Source: a candidate division WOR-3 bacterium
GTDB lineage: Bacteria > Hydrothermota > UBA3073 > JACQXS01 > JAGMCI01
NCBI GenBank assembly: GCA_023129325.1
Contig: JAGMCI010000017.1
Coordinates: 13,252 to 77,251, forward strand
DNA length: 64,000 bases
Direction of reading: 5' to 3'
Shown: piece after piece, positions 8,767-17,831 of the stretch
How positions within the stretch are numbered: position 1 is the first letter of the stretch
Layout of the letters: every line of letters begins with the position of its first letter
The notes under the pieces: model-generated
What the model saw: only the letters and a program-made list of their open reading frames with translations
What the model was told of the DNA's origin: nothing
Database searches by the model: none
Translations under genes and position numbers: made by a program

Positions 8767-11550
8767 TTACTTTAAAATTATCAACTTTTTTGTAGCCTTA
8801 AAATTATCAGTCTCTATTTTTGCAAAATAAATTCCTGGAGCAGTTCCTGATGCATCCCAGTTTACAGTATACTGACCAGCTTCTTTTCTTGCATTAACTA
8901 ATGTTTTTACCAATCTGCCAGTCACATCGTAAATTTTTAAAGAGACCTTACTAATGGTTGGTAGTTGATACCTAATAGCTGTTGTAAAACTAAACGGATT
9001 TGGATAGTTTTGAAACAAGAAATAAGTTTCTGGAGTTTTCTGTTCTTCCCCTCCAGTTTTACCAGAAGCTGTATCAACAAAAGTTCTAATCATCAAATCA
9101 TAATTTAATCCAAGTTCTGTGAATTTACCCCATTCTCCATTTACGCAATACCAGGCTCTATCGTCAATTGGTAAGGTGGCATCTATCCCTATTGAAGGAG
9201 TTGATGGTAATTCTTGCAGTCCAACATAGAAATCTCCAGAACTAAGCACAATATTTTCAGGCTCTACCTCAAGTTCATTCCAGCCTTCTATTACAGATAC
9301 AGTGTCTGAATAAAGTTCATTCAGGGGTGCTTTCTCACTGGAATTCCAGACTTTGGCAATGAAATCGCCTTCTCCTGTATTAACATAATATTCAAGGACA
9401 ATAAGCTTTGTAGGATATTTATCAGGGGTAAATCTCGCTGCCATATAATGAGAAGTTCCAACATTATAACCAGCATAAGGATTACCGGCATCGTATTTGA
9501 TTTCATAAACTGTAGGTGGATTTGGCATAACTTCAATAGGATAACAATAGCGACTTTCGCCTTTTTGATAAACAGCACTAACCGCATAATAATAGCGTTG
9601 CCGATTTACTACATTAGTATCGAGATAAAAGGTATCGGTAAGTCCTTTTACAAAAGGAGCTCCAAATGATGTTCCCTTCTCTCGTTTGTATAAATTATAA
9701 CTTAATGGAGTAGGTATAGTTGTATCTATTTCCTCAATTTCAGCCCTAATCATCATATTCATAGTAGTAAAAATTGCCCATCCATTATCCCAGCAATAGC
9801 TCCTATACACAGCTGAGCCATCATCCAGCGCTGGACCCCATTGACCACTTCCCATATTATCTATTCCAATATAAAAGTCTCCTGAATCTATTTCAATTCC
9901 ATAAGAAGATAAATCTATTTCATCACATTCCGTATTAGAGGCACGGCTTGGCATTAATTTTTCAATAGTTAGAAGTTTATGCCAGGGAGCTCCAGCACTA
10001 TCATCCCAGATTACAAGGTCGTAAGTTTCATTAAATGTTTCACTTACAGAGATAAAATTAATTATTGCTCTTGAAAGTTTAGCTGGATGGTCTAATGTGA
10101 ACCTGACAGCATAAGGTTGAAGAGTATTATCTACATAATACAGGGTGTCGCTAGTTTTATCTTTATCATAAAAAAGAATCTTAAAAGTTGGGCTCCAGGT
10201 TAATTTAGCTTGATTATCTCCAGTTTCTGCGTGAAGGTTAGATGGAGGATGAAGTTCACGCTCAGTGAGAATTACAAAATCATCCATAAACATACCATCT
10301 CCTAATGGCTCTCCATACGATACGACGATGATTCTAAATTGGATTTTTCTCCCAGCATATTTTGTTATATCAAGTTTTATATCAGGGTACATACTAAAAG
10401 AATACCATATATCATCTTGAAGGATAAAAACATAAGGAGTCGGATTTTCCCAGGGACCTCCATCTATTGAAATTTCTGGATAAAAATAATCAGCATACTG
10501 GTCCGGGACATGGTGTAAGTGTCCTTTCATCGAGAAATCCCATGTTACTTTTGGTTCATCCGGGACTATAATTATAGGTGATATAATAGCATCTTTTAAA
10601 AATGCCTTATAAGTAGTATCAGTGATACAGCATCGTGCACAATGTGTTGGTGAAGGAGCATCTGTTGCTTCTTCCAGATGCCATATATCACTACCAGTAG
10701 CTGATATAGAGGCAGTGGTAAACTCAAGTGTATCGTCCCCTTCGGCATTGCTTGTAAATACATGAGCTACATCAATATTATCTATTTGCCAGCCAATTAA
10801 ATCAGGATTGTATCCTCCTTGTTGGTCATAAGTACAATATGCTGGGTCTGAAGCAAATGCCCACCTGATTTTTACAGTATCTCCAGCATAAGAACTTAAA
10901 TTGACAGTAACATTTTCCCATCCGTCAGAACTTCCACCCCAACCAGGTATTCCTGGTCCTTCACCATGTTCGTATCCAAAACTATAGAAACTCCTACAAT
11001 TGTAGGCGGGACTTACATATGGAGTGTCTAAAACTGTCCAGGTAGCTCCTCCATCAGTCGAGATTCTCACATTACAGCCATCCCAACTATCATAAGGAGG
11101 CTCGGCACCAGCTGGGTCTTCCATTTTCCTATTCTGAACAAATGTAAGTGTGCAAGAGGTGGAAGGTAAAACAATTTCACGGGTATCTAAAACTTGATAC
11201 CAGTGGTTTAAATAACCACGAATAGTATCACCAAGTTCTTCTATATAAATATAATCTCCCATCCACCATGATTTTCCAGTCCCTTCATAGGCTTGAAATG
11301 TATCTGGGTGCCATACAGGAGGATAAGGCACATTTAAGTCCTTATGAGCCCATCTCATTCCTGACTCAAAATTTTCAAGATAAAAAGTATCCAGTCTTGT
11401 AATGTAAAAATCTTTACTTTTAGAAACCTCGTGAATTGTTTTTTCCAGAGATTGCTGAGAGATAGTCTTTATTCCAGAGGGGGGAGGATGTTTCTTTACT
11501 TGCTTAATATTATAAGAACTCGTTGCTAAAATTATAAATAACCATAACAT
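8767..11550 (-). CDS. large secreted protein with FN3-like segment and a T9SS C-terminal sorting domain; catalytic function unknown
   Basis: 927-aa ORF with SD AAAGGAGGT before the ATG. N-terminal hydrophobic MLWLFIILATSS. Contains PPSNLHAETGDNQAKLTWSP. C-terminus FQNYPNPFSF...KIYDVTGRLVKTLVN...GIYFAKI. Confidence 0.7.
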   Translation of the reverse strand: MLWLFIILATSSYNIKQVKKHPPPSGIKTISQQSLEKTIHEVSKSKDFYITRLDTFYLENFESGMRWAHKDLNVPYPPVWHPDTFQAYEGTGKSWWMGDYIYIEELGDTIRGYLNHWYQVLDTREIVLPSTSCTLTFVQNRKMEDPAGAEPPYDSWDGCNVRISTDGGATWTVLDTPYVSPAYNCRSFYSFGYEHGEGPGIPGWGGSSDGWENVTVNLSSYAGDTVKIRWAFASDPAYCTYDQQGGYNPDLIGWQIDNIDVAHVFTSNAEGDDTLEFTTASISATGSDIWHLEEATDAPSPTHCARCCITDTTYKAFLKDAIISPIIIVPDEPKVTWDFSMKGHLHHVPDQYADYFYPEISIDGGPWENPTPYVFILQDDIWYSFSMYPDIKLDITKYAGRKIQFRIIVVSYGEPLGDGMFMDDFVILTERELHPPSNLHAETGDNQAKLTWSPTFKILFYDKDKTSDTLYYVDNTLQPYAVRFTLDHPAKLSRAIINFISVSETFNETYDLVIWDDSAGAPWHKLLTIEKLMPSRASNTECDEIDLSSYGIEIDSGDFYIGIDNMGSGQWGPALDDGSAVYRSYCWDNGWAIFTTMNMMIRAEIEEIDTTIPTPLSYNLYKREKGTSFGAPFVKGLTDTFYLDTNVVNRQRYYYAVSAVYQKGESRYCYPIEVMPNPPTVYEIKYDAGNPYAGYNVGTSHYMAARFTPDKYPTKLIVLEYYVNTGEGDFIAKVWNSSEKAPLNELYSDTVSVIEGWNELEVEPENIVLSSGDFYVGLQELPSTPSIGIDATLPIDDRAWYCVNGEWGKFTELGLNYDLMIRTFVDTASGKTGGEEQKTPETYFLFQNYPNPFSFTTAIRYQLPTISKVSLKIYDVTGRLVKTLVNARKEAGQYTVNWDASGTAPGIYFAKIETDNFKATKKLIILK

Positions 11551-11562
11551 ATTTACCTCCTT

Positions 11563-11581
11563 TACAGGCTGGAAGCCTGTA
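11563..11581. repeat. 8-bp hairpin immediately 5-prime of the SD of the 8767..11550 gene
   Basis: TACAGGCT-gga-AGCCTGTA followed (sense strand) by AAGGAGGT. Confidence 0.7.
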
Positions 11582-11595
11582 CCACCAGTAAGTTA

Positions 11596-12645
11596 TCACA
11601 TAGAAAAGCCAAGTGATATTCTATGAATTCCTGAAAGGTACTGGTGATTTTCGTAACTGTAATCTACAATAATTTGTCCGACTATTGCTACTGGAGTCAT
11701 TATTCCAAATCCAGCGCTTAAGCCACGATTATTTTTCTTTGTATATCCGAGACGGGCAAAGTATTTACTGTTCAAACAATACTCTATCCCTAAAGCATAA
11801 GTTGCTTCTTGGTCAGAAGGGTGAACTAAATCACTAATTAAAGTAAGTTTATAAAGAGAAGTAGATAATAAATCAACTGCAATTCCAAGCTGAAAATTAA
11901 GAGGTAGCGGATAGGACTCAGATTTATAAGTTGCAGTATGTCCTCCAATAATTGTATCCAGCGTCTCACCTGAATAAGCCATATCTGCTCCAAAATTTTG
12001 AATCATGAATCCAAATCTAAGATTCTTAAGTTTAGTATTATAGATTCCACCTATGTCGAATACTATTCCATTAGCCATTAATTTAGCAATATTTTGATTA
12101 ATTCCCTTCACAGTGAAGCCAGCGTTAAACTTATCTGTTAGCATCCTTGAATACGAAATCCCAACTGCAAAATCATTTGCAGAAAAATAATCTCCTGTTC
12201 CTTCCCAGTTGTCCATAGTTGTTTCTTCAATTTTTCCTGACAAAAGAGCAATAGCACTTATTCCTATAGCCCCATCCTTAATTGGAATAACGATGCCAAT
12301 ATTTTCCTCGCTCATTCCAGCAAACAAATTTACATGTGAGAAACTGGCTGATGTGCGTCTAATCTTTGCTAATCCAGCTGGGTTCCAGTAAATTGCATCT
12401 ACTCCTTCTGCAAAAGCAGAATAAGCTCCTCCCAATGATAAAGCTCTTGCTCCTCCACCAATGGACAGGAAACTTGCCCCACATCCTCCAAGTCTTGCAA
12501 AAGCTAAAGTAGGCAGAAAGAAGTAAGAAGTGAGAAGTAAGAAGTAGGAAGTGAGAAGAAAACAGTTTTTAAAAAGGGTTCGAGGGAAAACAAACCGTTG
12601 TGCTCCTAACATTTCACCTTTCACATTTAACATTTCGTCTTTCAT
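11596..12645 (-). CDS. PorV/PorQ-family outer-membrane beta-barrel protein
   Basis: GGGARALSLGGAYSAFAEGVDAIYWNPAGLA near the N-terminus and alternating beta-strand pattern to the C-terminal ...ISLGFSM, as I recall for the PorV/PorQ (UPF0164-like) family. Strong SD AGGAGG. It sits among T9SS cargo genes. Confidence 0.6.
   Translation of the reverse strand: MKDEMLNVKGEMLGAQRFVFPRTLFKNCFLLTSYFLLLTSYFFLPTLAFARLGGCGASFLSIGGGARALSLGGAYSAFAEGVDAIYWNPAGLAKIRRTSASFSHVNLFAGMSEENIGIVIPIKDGAIGISAIALLSGKIEETTMDNWEGTGDYFSANDFAVGISYSRMLTDKFNAGFTVKGINQNIAKLMANGIVFDIGGIYNTKLKNLRFGFMIQNFGADMAYSGETLDTIIGGHTATYKSESYPLPLNFQLGIAVDLLSTSLYKLTLISDLVHPSDQEATYALGIEYCLNSKYFARLGYTKKNNRGLSAGFGIMTPVAIVGQIIVDYSYENHQYLSGIHRISLGFSM
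12520..12558 (-). repeat. heptamer array (GAAGTRR)x5.5, ACTTC family, encoding the PorV-like signal-peptide core
   Basis: GAAGTAA GAAGTGA GAAGTAA GAAGTAG GAAGTGA GAAG encodes LLTSYFLLLTSYFF. Confidence 0.85.
12608..12645. repeat. AACATTT-type heptamer run over the first codons of the PorV-like gene
   Basis: AACATTTCACCTTTCACATTTAACATTTCGTCTTTCAT. Confidence 0.65.
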
Positions 12646-12653
12646 ATTGCCTC

Positions 12654-14408
12654 CTATTTAAATTTCTGAATTTTATTGTTAGCTGAATCCACTATGTAAA
12701 TAAAACCATCTTGAGAAATTCCTATACCAATAGGAGTATCAAATTGTCCCCAATCAGTGCCTAACATTCCCCACCTGTCAACAAATGTCCCATCAGTCGT
12801 AAACTTCTGGATTCTGTTATTTTCCGTATCAACAACATAAATATAATTACCTAAAATTGCTATATCGTGAGGTAAATCAAATTGTCCTTCAGTGCCTCCT
12901 TGACTTCCCCATTCACTCACATAAGTACCATCTTTAGTAAATTTTTGAATTCGTGCGTTTCTTTTATCAACAACATAAGCATAGCTTTCATCTACTGCTA
13001 TTCCACAAGGGGAATGGAACTCTCCTTGCCAGTCCCCTGTTTTCCCCCATTCTAATTCATACTTACCGTTTTTTGTCAGTTTTTGAATTCTATCTCCGCC
13101 TTCCTCTGCTATATAGACATAATCATTATCAACTGCTATTCCCCAGGGATATCTGAACTCTACCTCTCCATACCCTTCTTTGCCCCATATTGTATCCAGG
13201 TCTCCGGTTTTTGTGAATTTGAAAACTTGATGACTGTCAGGAGAGGTAACATAAACATAATCAGAGCCAACTGCTATTCCCCAAGGGTGATACAATTTGC
13301 CAGAAGCGTTAAATTGAGTCCATACTCCACTACTGTATTTTTGAATTCTGTTATTGCCATAATCAGTTACATAGATATCACCATTTGCATCTATTGCTAT
13401 ATCCTTAGAAAATTCAAAATCTCCGTCTACATAAGATATAAAATTTTTCTTTATTTTTACTTCCCAGGGTAAAGACCATTCAGTAGAATCTTCATATTGG
13501 TCTCTTGCCTTAACTCTTACTTCAAAAGTTCCTTCAGTTGAACAAGCATGAAAAGCAAAGAAAGGACCTATTCCATAATAATCCCAATCTTTAAAGGTTC
13601 CGTCACCCCAGTCAAATTTGCAATCAAATGCAGAATCACTTAAATCAGGGTCATGTACATAAGCTCCAAAAGAATATTCGGTGCGAGTGTATCCAGAGTC
13701 TGGGCGGTCATATACATCTTTAATTATACTTACTGAATCAGGAGCACGATTTATTATCCAGATTGTATCAGAACTCCACCCAGAAACACTGCCATGTATA
13801 TCACAGGCTTGTGCCTTTATTATGTAAAATGTGTCTGCTGTGACATAACTATGAGACCTTGCCTGTGGAGTTCCGCTTGGAACGAATTGAGTCCATACAA
13901 GTCCACTTGTATCTTCATCTCCCCACTCGTTTCTGTATCTAATTGAGTCTCCAGCAGTATCAATAGCTGAGAATGTAAATGAGTAATGCATTCCTGCGTA
14001 TCCAGAATCGGGTCCTATTATAGAGGGAGATTCAGGGGGAGGAGATTTAGAAGATATTATTAGAGTATGAGGACCAGACCACTCTGACTCATGATTGTGG
14101 ATATCCTTAGCTTGGGACTTTATTTTATATGTGCCAGCTGTTGTATAAACATGCTGCATAGTAACATGGGTACCTGAGGAGATAAATCCACTCCATCCAG
14201 ATATTCCATCTCCCCAATTAAATCTTATTGCTACATCCTCATCCTCAGGGTCGTAAGCTATTGAATAAAATGCATAAGTTGTGTCAGTCCAGCCTGATGA
14301 AGTTCCAAAAGGGATTTTAGGCTCTTTAGGCGAAGCATTTTTCTTGCAACCCACCCAATAACTAATACCAACCAAAATTAAAAAGATAAATAAGAACTTT
14401 TTCTTCAT
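12654..14408 (-). CDS. lipoprotein with PKD-like repeats and a C-terminal NHL-repeat beta-propeller
   Basis: Lipobox MKKKFLFIFLILVGISYWVGC. Three WGDG-type PKD motifs (RFNWGDGISGW, NEWGDEDTSG, KFDWGDGTFKDW). Six NHL-like blades ending NNRIQKY, GDRIQKL, NARIQKF, NNRIQKF and NNKIQKF. Confidence 0.75.
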   Translation of the reverse strand: MKKKFLFIFLILVGISYWVGCKKNASPKEPKIPFGTSSGWTDTTYAFYSIAYDPEDEDVAIRFNWGDGISGWSGFISSGTHVTMQHVYTTAGTYKIKSQAKDIHNHESEWSGPHTLIISSKSPPPESPSIIGPDSGYAGMHYSFTFSAIDTAGDSIRYRNEWGDEDTSGLVWTQFVPSGTPQARSHSYVTADTFYIIKAQACDIHGSVSGWSSDTIWIINRAPDSVSIIKDVYDRPDSGYTRTEYSFGAYVHDPDLSDSAFDCKFDWGDGTFKDWDYYGIGPFFAFHACSTEGTFEVRVKARDQYEDSTEWSLPWEVKIKKNFISYVDGDFEFSKDIAIDANGDIYVTDYGNNRIQKYSSGVWTQFNASGKLYHPWGIAVGSDYVYVTSPDSHQVFKFTKTGDLDTIWGKEGYGEVEFRYPWGIAVDNDYVYIAEEGGDRIQKLTKNGKYELEWGKTGDWQGEFHSPCGIAVDESYAYVVDKRNARIQKFTKDGTYVSEWGSQGGTEGQFDLPHDIAILGNYIYVVDTENNRIQKFTTDGTFVDRWGMLGTDWGQFDTPIGIGISQDGFIYIVDSANNKIQKFK

Positions 14409-14420
14409 TTTATCCTCCTA

Positions 14421-14512
14421 TTTGCATTGTTAATTGCTAATTGTTAAATGTTTTATGTTCCCACTGCTTTTTGCATTTAACATTTCACATAAAACATTCC
14501 ACATCTCACATG
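14421..14512. repeat. intergenic heptamer arrays (GTTAATT/GCTAATT, then ACATNNN) with an internal inverted repeat
   Basis: GTTAATTGCTAATTGTTAA (19 nt) is identical to 22029-22047. AATGTTTTATGT / ACATAAAACATT form an inverted pair. Confidence 0.8.
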
Positions 14513-14513
14513 C

Positions 14514-17500
14514 TTAACGGATTATAGCAAATTTTCCTACTTTATCCTTTCCATCAGATGTTACAACTTGGTAAATATATAAACCACTTACTGTTTCAAG
14601 TCCTTCTTTGGTTAATAAGTCCCAGGCATGAGTTCCGCTAAATCCTGTTTCATTTTGAGCGCTTGTTTTAAATACAGGACCTGAAGTTTCATCATGTTCA
14701 ATTGTTTTAATTAAAAGACCCGCCACATTAAATATTCTAATAGTACATTTTGAAGGGAGGTTGGCGAAATATATCTTGCGTTCCATTTCTCCTTCCCAAC
14801 CAGCTTTCACATAGTATGGATTAGGAACCACCCTTACATTGTCTAATTTATAGTCGGTCTTTTCAGTTGTTGCACTAACAGTCTCAATTTTATAAGAATC
14901 CACAACTTTACTTGGGTAAAGTAATTTGACATAATAAATATCATCTTTTTCGGGTGCTATTATATTTGCTGTATCTACCATTACTTCCAAAGCATACATA
15001 TATTTGTTCTTTACAGTATCTCCGGGAGCATAGAAGTAAATTTTATCTCCCTTGTTAAATATACTATCCGCTTTGTTTGGGTGTTCGCCTGGGTTATTAT
15101 CATCAAAGAAAAAGCGAGCAGCCCCCCATTTTTTGTTAATCACTGTAATTGGAGACATACACTCAAAGCTGTCAGGAGTCCATGTTTCAAAGCTACCCGG
15201 TATTTCTACTACTTTTACATCAAATTCATGACGTTTGATATTCGTATCTTTTTGTGTTGTAATAAAGAATTCGTAATTAGACTCTCCTTTTTCCCATTTA
15301 CTATAAGTTGCATCTATTACTTTTTCTGTGTCTAATACTGTCTCAGTATATGTATTCATTATTACAGAAAATCCGTCAGTCACAGGAATATTTTGCTCTC
15401 CATGAAAAGCAGTTACAGAATCAAGCACGATAGTATCTTTTGTCTCATCTGTTAGTCTCCAGTATCCAACTTCTTCTTTGCCCGGTGAAACAGGAAGAAA
15501 ACTTATTTTATACTCATCTCCAGTTAATGCAGATGGGTCAACAATTATAACCTCTACTTTTGAGTCTCCTTCTCCACTAATCCGTGTTACTTTACAGCTT
15601 GGCAATTCAAAATTAACAGGGTCCTTTCTTGGAATTGCCCAATATGTCTTACCAGATAGTCCACTTTCTAAACCTGTAATACCTAATAAAGGACGCTCAC
15701 AGGAATAAGAAGTCACTGAATAATAATAAGTTATCCCATTTGTTAAGCCCTCATCAATGTAATAATGCTTTATTCCTTTTTGTCCACCAATTGATTTTCC
15801 TTTAAAGTTTTGGACTGTAAATACATCGCCTGCAGTTGGAAATCGCTGAATGCCTGGGTTTTCATTATCATAAACTGCATCTGTAATAGATATAAATATT
15901 CCATCAAAATAAATTTCTCTTCCCGAAAGATACCCAGTGTTTGTTGGATAAGCAGAATCAGGATTTACCATTATACAATAACCCCCGCCATCTGCTATTG
16001 CATTTCTATTGTATTCATATATCTCTCCGTCAGCTGAATCATTTTGAAGTATAAATTCTTTTGAACTAAGGAATCGGATACTATATTTATCTTCATTTAA
16101 AACAGAGTCTTTTAAAAATCTAACAAAAGATATATTAGCCTTTGATATTCCTTTTGGATGGTCAACAAGAACAGTGTCTTTTGTAGAGTCAGACTGAATA
16201 TCATAATCAGCAAGTAAGTCCCATTTTCCCGGTAGCCCAGAACTACTTCTATATACCCGATAACCTGCAAATGTTGAACTATCATGCGTCATTTTACAAA
16301 CATACTTCTCAGGTTTGTTATCCCAGGAAAGATAGACTTTCCTATCGCTTGGAACAATAGAAAGTTGAGGAGAGGGAGGTGGAGCAAAACCAAGATAGCC
16401 TGATTTAAATTGCTCTAATGCATATCCTGCCCGAGTTTTAAGTTCAGCGAGAGTATAAGCTACTACCACAGCTATGGTAAAAGATATTTCTGAGTCTGGA
16501 AGTAAAGTAACATAAGGTCCAGAACAAGACAATTGACGCACATCATTAGGCACAGTAGTTCTCTGGAATGTATCTATATTGGCTCTTGCAGTTGATAAAG
16601 CCACATATTTTAAAGAATCTTGCCCATCATCATCTATAAGCATGCCAAATTCTCCTGTCCTTGTCCAGGTTTGGAAACCTGTCATTCCAAGATTCCCTGG
16701 AGTCTTACACATAATACACCCAATAAATCCAGCTGGAGTTTCCCAGCCAGGTTCATAACTGTCTGCATCATAAGAGTAGCCAAGATTAAGTGAGCGGTCA
16801 TAATCAATTAAATCATCTTCTGCTGCTTGCCCTTCTGCAGACACTCCAGACCCAATGTCATTATCCATAAAATAGCCTACATAAATATCTTTTAATGGGA
16901 ATGAGTTCATATTTTTTATTTTCCAATTAAAATAAATATAAGCATTATTATATTCGTAATTCCATGAATAAGTACGTTGTTCAATTCTTATGCCAAGTCC
17001 CCAGACATCGTAAGGACCTGTATCTCTTATCCATATACAGCTTGCATCGTTCTTCGGTATCCAGTCACCTGCACATGCATAACTATCTTCCATAGATATT
17101 ATATCACCATTCGTGGTGTCAACATGGGTAGTGCTATCTTCTCTTCTCACATTTATATCCATATCTGCAAATGGCCAAAGTGCTTGATAATCTTCCTGCT
17201 CTGCTCCATATTGTTTAAAAACAAACTGACCTTCATGGGAATAACCATAACCAATTGGCAGTATCTGATTGCTAAAGGATAATCCTGTTCCTGATATATC
17301 GCCTGCCTCTCCTGCACTCGTAAGTTCTGGTAAATTCATAGCCCCCAGGTCCGAATAATAAGCACCTTTTGATACCCTTGGTTGCCAGGTCGTATCTGGT
17401 CCCTCAATCTTGTCAGGATACTTTGCTCCTACCCATACTCCAGATGCCCAGTTATAAAATTGATTTGTCCCTGCTGGATATTCACCACAAAGGCCATGCA

Positions 17501-17819
17501 TATTGGCACTCAACATATCTAATGATAGCCAGACACAATTCCACGTCCCATCAAAATATCTACATCCTTGTGGGCAGGGGAAATATCCTCCTTGCAGAGT
17601 ATTACTCACAGTCCAGTCTGTTAAATTACCTATACCAGTCCAGTGAACCCACCAGAAATCAGCTGCCTTATCTTGTGGCTTAAATGGTTTTGAGATACCT
17701 CTCTGGGTCTGGACTTCAGGTGTCTGATAATAAGCAAATCCCTGCACCCCAATAAAAACTCCCATTAAAAAAATGATAATTGCTAATTGATAATTGCTAA
17801 TTGATAATTTATTCCTCAT
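14514..17819 (-). CDS. large secreted protein with C-terminal Ig-like (T9SS/FlgD-Ig-like) sorting domain, immediately downstream of the TonB-dependent receptor
   Basis: 1101-aa ORF with SD AGGAGG. Signal MRNKLSISNYQLAIIIFLMGVFIGVQGFA. C-terminus VVPNPYYV...CTIRIFNVAGLLIKTIEHD...GLYIYQVVTSDGKDKVGKFAIIR. Confidence 0.65.
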   Translation of the reverse strand: MRNKLSISNYQLAIIIFLMGVFIGVQGFAYYQTPEVQTQRGISKPFKPQDKAADFWWVHWTGIGNLTDWTVSNTLQGGYFPCPQGCRYFDGTWNCVWLSLDMLSANMHGLCGEYPAGTNQFYNWASGVWVGAKYPDKIEGPDTTWQPRVSKGAYYSDLGAMNLPELTSAGEAGDISGTGLSFSNQILPIGYGYSHEGQFVFKQYGAEQEDYQALWPFADMDINVRREDSTTHVDTTNGDIISMEDSYACAGDWIPKNDASCIWIRDTGPYDVWGLGIRIEQRTYSWNYEYNNAYIYFNWKIKNMNSFPLKDIYVGYFMDNDIGSGVSAEGQAAEDDLIDYDRSLNLGYSYDADSYEPGWETPAGFIGCIMCKTPGNLGMTGFQTWTRTGEFGMLIDDDGQDSLKYVALSTARANIDTFQRTTVPNDVRQLSCSGPYVTLLPDSEISFTIAVVVAYTLAELKTRAGYALEQFKSGYLGFAPPPSPQLSIVPSDRKVYLSWDNKPEKYVCKMTHDSSTFAGYRVYRSSSGLPGKWDLLADYDIQSDSTKDTVLVDHPKGISKANISFVRFLKDSVLNEDKYSIRFLSSKEFILQNDSADGEIYEYNRNAIADGGGYCIMVNPDSAYPTNTGYLSGREIYFDGIFISITDAVYDNENPGIQRFPTAGDVFTVQNFKGKSIGGQKGIKHYYIDEGLTNGITYYYSVTSYSCERPLLGITGLESGLSGKTYWAIPRKDPVNFELPSCKVTRISGEGDSKVEVIIVDPSALTGDEYKISFLPVSPGKEEVGYWRLTDETKDTIVLDSVTAFHGEQNIPVTDGFSVIMNTYTETVLDTEKVIDATYSKWEKGESNYEFFITTQKDTNIKRHEFDVKVVEIPGSFETWTPDSFECMSPITVINKKWGAARFFFDDNNPGEHPNKADSIFNKGDKIYFYAPGDTVKNKYMYALEVMVDTANIIAPEKDDIYYVKLLYPSKVVDSYKIETVSATTEKTDYKLDNVRVVPNPYYVKAGWEGEMERKIYFANLPSKCTIRIFNVAGLLIKTIEHDETSGPVFKTSAQNETGFSGTHAWDLLTKEGLETVSGLYIYQVVTSDGKDKVGKFAIIR
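17775..17809 (-). repeat. heptamer array (GATAATT GCTAATT)x2.5 encoding the signal-peptide start of the 1101-aa protein
   Basis: It encodes KLSISNYQLAII. Confidence 0.85.
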
Positions 17820-17831
17820 CTTTCCTCCTGT

